A stretch of DNA of 64,000 nt from the IMG/VR virus record IMGVR_UViG_3300028196_000006, positions 1-64,000 of that record; one strand, written 5' to 3'. A program made the translations under genes and the position numbers. The notes beneath the pieces are model-generated. The model had not been told where the DNA came from, ran no database searches, and saw only the letters and a program-made list of their open reading frames with translations. The DNA comes from a virus. Positions 59,268 through 64,000 of the stretch are shown here, piece after piece. Positions within the stretch are counted from its first letter, which is position 1. Every line of letters begins with the position of its first letter.

Positions 59268-60230
59268 ATGGCAACACTACAAGAGATAAGAGCAAAACTG
59301 AAAGAACAAGAAGTTAAATCAGGTAGCTCTAATACAAGAACAGGCGGAGACAACGCCATTTACCCATTTTGGAATCTAAAAGAAGGAGAGCAGGCAACTG
59401 TTCGTTTCTTGCCAGATGGCGATAAAGAAAACACTTTTTTCTGGAAAGAAAGGTTAATGATCAAATTACCTTTCGCAGGAATCAAAGGTGAAACAGATTC
59501 AAGACCAGTGCAAGTACAAGTTCCATGTATGGAAATGTACGGCGAGTCTTGTTCAATCTTATCCGAAGTAAGAGGATGGTTCAAAGATCCTAAATTAGAA
59601 GATTTAGGAAGAAAATATTGGAAGAAAAGAAGTTATATTTTCCAAGGTTTTGTAAAAGACGATCCAATCGGAGAAGAATCAACTCCAACGAATCCAATTA
59701 GAAGATTCATAATTGGTCCACAAATATTCCAAATAATTAAAGGAGCATTAATGGATCCAGATATGGAAGATCTTCCAACTGATTCAACAAGTGGTGTTGA
59801 TTTTAGAATTATCAAAACATCCAAAGGTGGATATGCTGATTATTCAACATCATCATGGTCTAGAAAATCAAGACCTTTAACAGAAGATGAAAACAAAGCG
59901 ATTGAGAGTAATACACTTTTCAATCTTAATGATTTCCTTCCAAAAAAACCTAGCGAAGTTGAAGTTAAGGTTATGAAGGAGATGTTTGAAGCATCTGTTG
60001 ACGGTGAAGCATATGATCAAGATAAATTTGGTCAATACTTTAGACCCGCAGGCTTGTCATCAAAAACAGGTGATCCAATAACTCCGAAAGCAGAAACTCC
60101 AGCACCAGCGGCTGAAGTGAAAGCAGAACCGGTTGTTGAAACACCGCAAGAAGCACCAAAGCCAACTGCTGAATCAAGCGGAAAAGCAGAGGACATCTTA
60201 GCAATGATAAGAGCAAGACAACAAAAATAA
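59268..60230 (+). CDS. Single-stranded DNA-binding protein, T4 gp32-like
   Basis: VRFLPDG, CMEMYGESCSI, RKYWKKRSY, DF.I.K..KGGYADYS.S; upstream of UvsX. Confidence 0.85.
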   Translation: MATLQEIRAKLKEQEVKSGSSNTRTGGDNAIYPFWNLKEGEQATVRFLPDGDKENTFFWKERLMIKLPFAGIKGETDSRPVQVQVPCMEMYGESCSILSEVRGWFKDPKLEDLGRKYWKKRSYIFQGFVKDDPIGEESTPTNPIRRFIIGPQIFQIIKGALMDPDMEDLPTDSTSGVDFRIIKTSKGGYADYSTSSWSRKSRPLTEDENKAIESNTLFNLNDFLPKKPSEVEVKVMKEMFEASVDGEAYDQDKFGQYFRPAGLSSKTGDPITPKAETPAPAAEVKAEPVVETPQEAPKPTAESSGKAEDILAMIRARQQK

Positions 60231-60243
60231 TAAAGTATATTGT

Positions 60244-60261
60244 TGGGGAGGCAACTCCCCA
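60244..60261 (+). other. GNRA-tetraloop hairpin without U-tract (mRNA stabiliser or processing site)
   Basis: TGGGGAG-GCAA-CTCCCCA between gp32 and uvsX. Confidence 0.65.
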
Positions 60262-60283
60262 CACAACTTGAAGGTAAAAAATT

Positions 60284-61351
60284 ATGGTGAAAGCATTTGA
60301 CGTTTCTAAGTTTCGTAAAAACTTAACTAAATCAATCACAGGCATGAGTAGTGGATTTAACGATCCTACTGATTGGATTAGTACAGGTAACTATGCCTTA
60401 AATTATCTTATTAGTGGTGACTTCAACAAAGGTGTTCCGCTAGGTAAGGTTACTGTGTTTGCAGGAGAATCTGGTGCAGGTAAGAGTTATATCTGTGCAG
60501 GTAACATTGTAAAAGCGGCACAAGAACAAGGTATCTTTGTAGTCTTAATTGACTCAGAGAACGCACTTGACGAGAGTTGGCTTAAAGCTCTTGAAGTTGA
60601 CACAGCAGAAGATAAACTTCTTAAACTAAACATGTCAATGATTGATGATGTTGCTAAAACTATTAGCACGTTCATGATTGACTACAAAACAATGCCAGAC
60701 GAAGAACGTCCTAAGATTTTGTTTGTAATTGACTCACTTGGTATGCTATTGACGCCTACTGATGTTGATCAGTTTAACAAAGGTGACATGAAAGGTGATA
60801 TGGGTCGTAAACCTAAAGCACTTACATCGTTGGTTAGAAATACTGTTAACATGATTGGTAGTTGTAACGTAGGATTAGTTTGTACTAATCACACATATGC
60901 ATCACAAGATATGTTTGATCCAGATGATAAGATATCAGGTGGACAAGGCTTTATCTATGCATCATCTATTGTAGTAGCAATGAAAAAATTGAAACTAAAA
61001 GAAGATGAAGACGGTAACAAGATATCAGAAGTACGTGGTATTAGAGCAGGTTGTAAAGTGATGAAAACTCGTTATGCAAAACCGTTTGAAGGTGTACAAG
61101 TTAAAATTCCATATGAAACAGGAATGAACCCATACAGCGGTCTTGTTGATCTTTTTGAGAAAAAAGGCTTGCTTGTTAAAGACGGAAACAGACTAAAATA
61201 TATTGATTCTAAAGGAGTAGAAAGCAAGGAATATCGTAAGGTATGGGAAAGTGGTGGAGAACCATTAGACAACATTATGAAAGAGTTTTCAGATGGTTCT
61301 AATTCTATAGAAGAAATTAAAGAAACAAACATTAGCACAGAAGAGGAATAA
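60284..61351 (+). CDS. uvsX: RecA-like recombinase UvsX
   Basis: AGESGAGKS, IDSENA, VIDSLG, TNHTY, ISGG, MKTRY. Confidence 0.92.
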   Translation: MVKAFDVSKFRKNLTKSITGMSSGFNDPTDWISTGNYALNYLISGDFNKGVPLGKVTVFAGESGAGKSYICAGNIVKAAQEQGIFVVLIDSENALDESWLKALEVDTAEDKLLKLNMSMIDDVAKTISTFMIDYKTMPDEERPKILFVIDSLGMLLTPTDVDQFNKGDMKGDMGRKPKALTSLVRNTVNMIGSCNVGLVCTNHTYASQDMFDPDDKISGGQGFIYASSIVVAMKKLKLKEDEDGNKISEVRGIRAGCKVMKTRYAKPFEGVQVKIPYETGMNPYSGLVDLFEKKGLLVKDGNRLKYIDSKGVESKEYRKVWESGGEPLDNIMKEFSDGSNSIEEIKETNISTEEE

Positions 61352-61354
61352 GAC

Positions 61355-61570
61355 ATGGAAGGAAGTCAGTTAGTTGAAATTTGGCAATTTTTTAAAGAAT
61401 ATCTCGACAGGAAACAACCTATTAAGGTAATTGCTGAAAAATTTGTAGATATAATGGCAGACTATGGTATCGGAGACGAAGAGTTTCGTGAGGCCTTGGG
61501 TGCAGATGATGATCTTGATAAAGCAATTCAATACTATTTGGATGCTGAATCTGAGGACGAGGACTTTTAA
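61355..61570 (+). CDS. Hypothetical acidic protein, 71 aa
   Basis: GAGG SD; TAATG overlap with uvsY. Confidence 0.6.
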   Translation: MEGSQLVEIWQFFKEYLDRKQPIKVIAEKFVDIMADYGIGDEEFREALGADDDLDKAIQYYLDAESEDEDF

Positions 61571-62028
61571 TGGCTGGTTGGTATCAGAAAATAGCAAGAG
61601 ATATTGGTGTTATTCCTGATGCCATCAGACACTATGAAGACGAACTAGAAGTAGCAAAGTCAGAAATTAGAATCAGAGGCAATCTTGAAAAAGCATCAGC
61701 AGATATGCCTGGGATTGTTGAACAAAGATTCAATCAATTACAAGAAATAGAAGCAGTCTTACAGTATATGAATATCGAACTACGTAGATTGCGTTCGTCA
61801 CATTTTAAAAAATATCTAGAAAACTATCAAAGAGCATTGTCCAGCAGAGATGTTGAAAAATATGTAGACGGTGAATCAGATGTGGTTGATTATGAAAAAA
61901 TAATTAACGAATTTGCACTGTTGAGAAACAAGTGGCTAGGTATTACCAAAGGACTCGATCAAAAACAATGGCAAATGACCAATATTGTTAAGTTAAGAGT
62001 GGCTGGCATGGAAGACGCTTCCATATAA
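61570..62028 (+). CDS. uvsY: Recombination mediator UvsY-like
   Basis: Helical; KKYLENY, DVEKYVDG, KGLD.K.WQ..NIVKLR.AG; next to uvsX. Confidence 0.75.
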   Translation: MAGWYQKIARDIGVIPDAIRHYEDELEVAKSEIRIRGNLEKASADMPGIVEQRFNQLQEIEAVLQYMNIELRRLRSSHFKKYLENYQRALSSRDVEKYVDGESDVVDYEKIINEFALLRNKWLGITKGLDQKQWQMTNIVKLRVAGMEDASI

Positions 62029-62063
62029 CACATTACCAAAAAACATTCCAATAAATATTCAAA

Positions 62064-62804
62064 ATGAACTTGAATATTCCATCATACATCATCACAATGC
62101 AAGGCAATCAAACAAGTGAATTGCTATCTCAACAATGTTTCGATTCTGCCAAAAAATTTAGTATAGAACCAAAAATTTTCCCTGCAATTCATGGCAAACA
62201 AATAGACATTGAATGGAAAAAACACAATTTGAAAGATTTTAAATTTAATCAAAGAATAAAAAAATTAAGTTTGGGCATGAAAGGGTGTACGTTATCACAT
62301 TTTTTATTATGGAAAAAAAGTATAGAAATAAACAAACCTATACTGATACTTGAACACGATGCATTAATAATCAGACCCATTCCTCACAGCATTGTTGCTA
62401 AATTTGACGAAGTGTGCAATCTTGATAGACTGAGTAGATTAACCACAGACTATGACAACAAAGTTCAAGAACATCGTGGAGAAGGTGTGACTGTGTTCAT
62501 GAAATCAAGACCAATGGCATCAGGATTAGAACTGTATAATAAAACACACATTAAAGGTGCTCATGGTTATATTGTTAAACCACAAGGTGCTCAAAGATTA
62601 GTGGATTGGGTATGGGCCTCTGGTGCATTGGCGTCAGATGTTTCCATCAACAGCATAAGTTGTGTGTTAACTTATTCAGATACCAGTTATTGTCGAATAA
62701 ATCCGCAGTTCTGGAACTCAAAACGAATGAAGGGCACCAATTCTTTTACCAGACCCAATAAACAAGATAAGAAATTAATGAGAGAGGCTAATAATGGAAT
62801 TTGA
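62064..62804 (+). CDS. GT25-family glycosyltransferase
   Basis: YIITM, GCTLSHFLLW, ILILEHDA, GAHGYIV.P.GA..L. Confidence 0.8.
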   Translation: MNLNIPSYIITMQGNQTSELLSQQCFDSAKKFSIEPKIFPAIHGKQIDIEWKKHNLKDFKFNQRIKKLSLGMKGCTLSHFLLWKKSIEINKPILILEHDALIIRPIPHSIVAKFDEVCNLDRLSRLTTDYDNKVQEHRGEGVTVFMKSRPMASGLELYNKTHIKGAHGYIVKPQGAQRLVDWVWASGALASDVSINSISCVLTYSDTSYCRINPQFWNSKRMKGTNSFTRPNKQDKKLMREANNGI

Positions 62805-63693
62805 CAAACTACACATTGGCGGAGACTTACCTATTAAAAAATCTCATGTGATATTCTTCAGTTGTGATCCTGCATACTGGGCAGAACATGGACAATACTT
62901 GGCAAGAAGTACACTGTCTTTAAACAAAAAGAATCTTATCCACATACATGTACATATGATCTACGAACACAATCAAACACACAACTTAGAAAATTTAATC
63001 CGAGACGAAAATATAACATACACCTATGAAACTCACAGCGAAGGATTTTATGATCAGTTTCAATTAGCAAAGGATCACCCAAAGTTTAGTAGAGGACCAG
63101 AGATATGTAACACAAAATCAGACGATGAACTAAAAAGAAAAATATATCTATCCAGTGCTAGATTTTTTTATTTTGATAGATTTTTTGAAAAATTCCAACA
63201 TGTTGTTCAACTGGATTCAGATGGTATTGCTAGAGAACGAATTCCTTTACACGAATTCAAACTGATTTCTTCATGGCCCGCGGCAATGCGTAAACCCAAA
63301 GATCCGAGTGTGTACATTGCTAGTTGTGTGACGCCTGGAATAGGTGAACCTGGCGATAAATTTAAAAAAGAATTATCACAAAACATGATTGAAGCATTTA
63401 AAAAACCAATTTATTGGTTTGTGGATCAACATGTATTAAAGAAATTATTAGATGCAAGAGAGTTTGTGTCTATACCTTATAAATGGAACAGTTGGGGACT
63501 TAAATCTGGTGGAGAAATATTCAGCACAGCAAAAGGCAATAAGAAATATGGATTTAGATACAAAGCATTAAAATATGCATGGTTCGATGACAAAGACAAA
63601 TTGAAATTTCATAAAAATATGTCGGACAAAATACAACTGGAAAAGATGCAACAAAAAATGGCAAAGAAAAATAGAAAAAATGACAAATCCTAA
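62794..63693 (+). CDS. Putative GT-A nucleotide-sugar transferase
   Basis: FFSCD..Y, ARF, LDSD (DxD), WFVDQHVL; flanked by GT25 genes. Confidence 0.55.
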   Translation: MEFDKLHIGGDLPIKKSHVIFFSCDPAYWAEHGQYLARSTLSLNKKNLIHIHVHMIYEHNQTHNLENLIRDENITYTYETHSEGFYDQFQLAKDHPKFSRGPEICNTKSDDELKRKIYLSSARFFYFDRFFEKFQHVVQLDSDGIARERIPLHEFKLISSWPAAMRKPKDPSVYIASCVTPGIGEPGDKFKKELSQNMIEAFKKPIYWFVDQHVLKKLLDAREFVSIPYKWNSWGLKSGGEIFSTAKGNKKYGFRYKALKYAWFDDKDKLKFHKNMSDKIQLEKMQQKMAKKNRKNDKS

Positions 63694-64000
63694 AGGATAC
63701 ATTATACATTTAAAAAATCATCAAAAATCTGTTGAATGGAGTAATCATGCACTTACAACAGGACAAAAATTTGGATGGAAACTAGAACTGTATGATGGTG
63801 TCGATGGCACAAAAGAAAAGTTAGAAGACTACAAAGTAAAAATTTACCCACACAATAAAAAATGTGTTAGACTGTTATCAAGACCCGGAACACAAGGATG
63901 TTTTCTCAGTCAATACAAATTATGGAAAAAATGTTTTAAAGAAAATAAGGAAATTTGTGTATTTGAACATGATGTTGTGTTTAAAAAACCTTTCAGCATT
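63680..64000 (+). CDS. Second GT25-family glycosyltransferase, 3'-truncated (not in the ORF track)
   Basis: MTNPKGYIIHLK...DGVDG...GCFLSQYKLWKKC...VFEHDVVF, open to the window end. Confidence 0.75.
   Translation, partial: MTNPKGYIIHLKNHQKSVEWSNHALTTGQKFGWKLELYDGVDGTKEKLEDYKVKIYPHNKKCVRLLSRPGTQGCFLSQYKLWKKCFKENKEICVFEHDVVFKKPFSI

Noticed and set aside
60244-60261. Hairpin after gp32 as an intrinsic terminator
   Set aside because: No U-tract follows on the plus strand; kept only as a structural hairpin.
55081-61351. Introns or inteins in terminase or UvsX
   Set aside because: Both are uninterrupted and of ordinary length, with motifs in normal order.
460-61597. Dozens of short antisense or alternate-frame ORFs in the track (e.g. 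460..894, 2846..3184, 33191..34738, 48211..48561)
   Set aside because: They lie inside long genes with clear motifs, lack promoters or SDs, and are expected shadows of biased codon usage.
1-64000. tRNA/rRNA genes, integrase or transposase
   Set aside because: Intergenic gaps are short and AT-rich with no cloverleaf seen. The TnsA-like ORF at 52477 fits head-completion gp4 by motif and context.

Overview
64 kb of a large, AT-rich, T4-superfamily-like myophage genome. The host is not identifiable from this window; a marine or aquatic bacterium is only an inference. 1-37.7 kb: giant paralogous virion/tail-fibre genes. Embedded among them is a compact cassette of a 110-aa adaptor, three ~10%-Cys Gly-rich proteins, two chaperone-like paralogs, two atypical GT9 glycosyltransferases and a NodU/CmcH-type carbamoyltransferase. 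37.7-44.5 kb: an uncalled 40-aa metallothionein-like ORF, a methyltransferase, and a minus-strand late block running from neck gp14 and tail terminator gp15 into ADP-heptose synthesis genes (hldE, hldD, cupin). 44.5-59 kb: gp13, dNMP kinase, sheath, tube, gp4 and terminase. 59-64 kb: gp32, UvsX, UvsY and GT25-type glycosyltransferases. The best candidate for a new system is a late-expressed virion heptosylation/carbamoylation pathway acting on Cys-rich fibre tips. Also notable: a pseudoknotted 5' leader RNA, many apparently leaderless late transcripts, apparent GCWGC avoidance, and a catalytically dead esterase nested in a virion protein. All calls are by eye from motifs; no searches were run.
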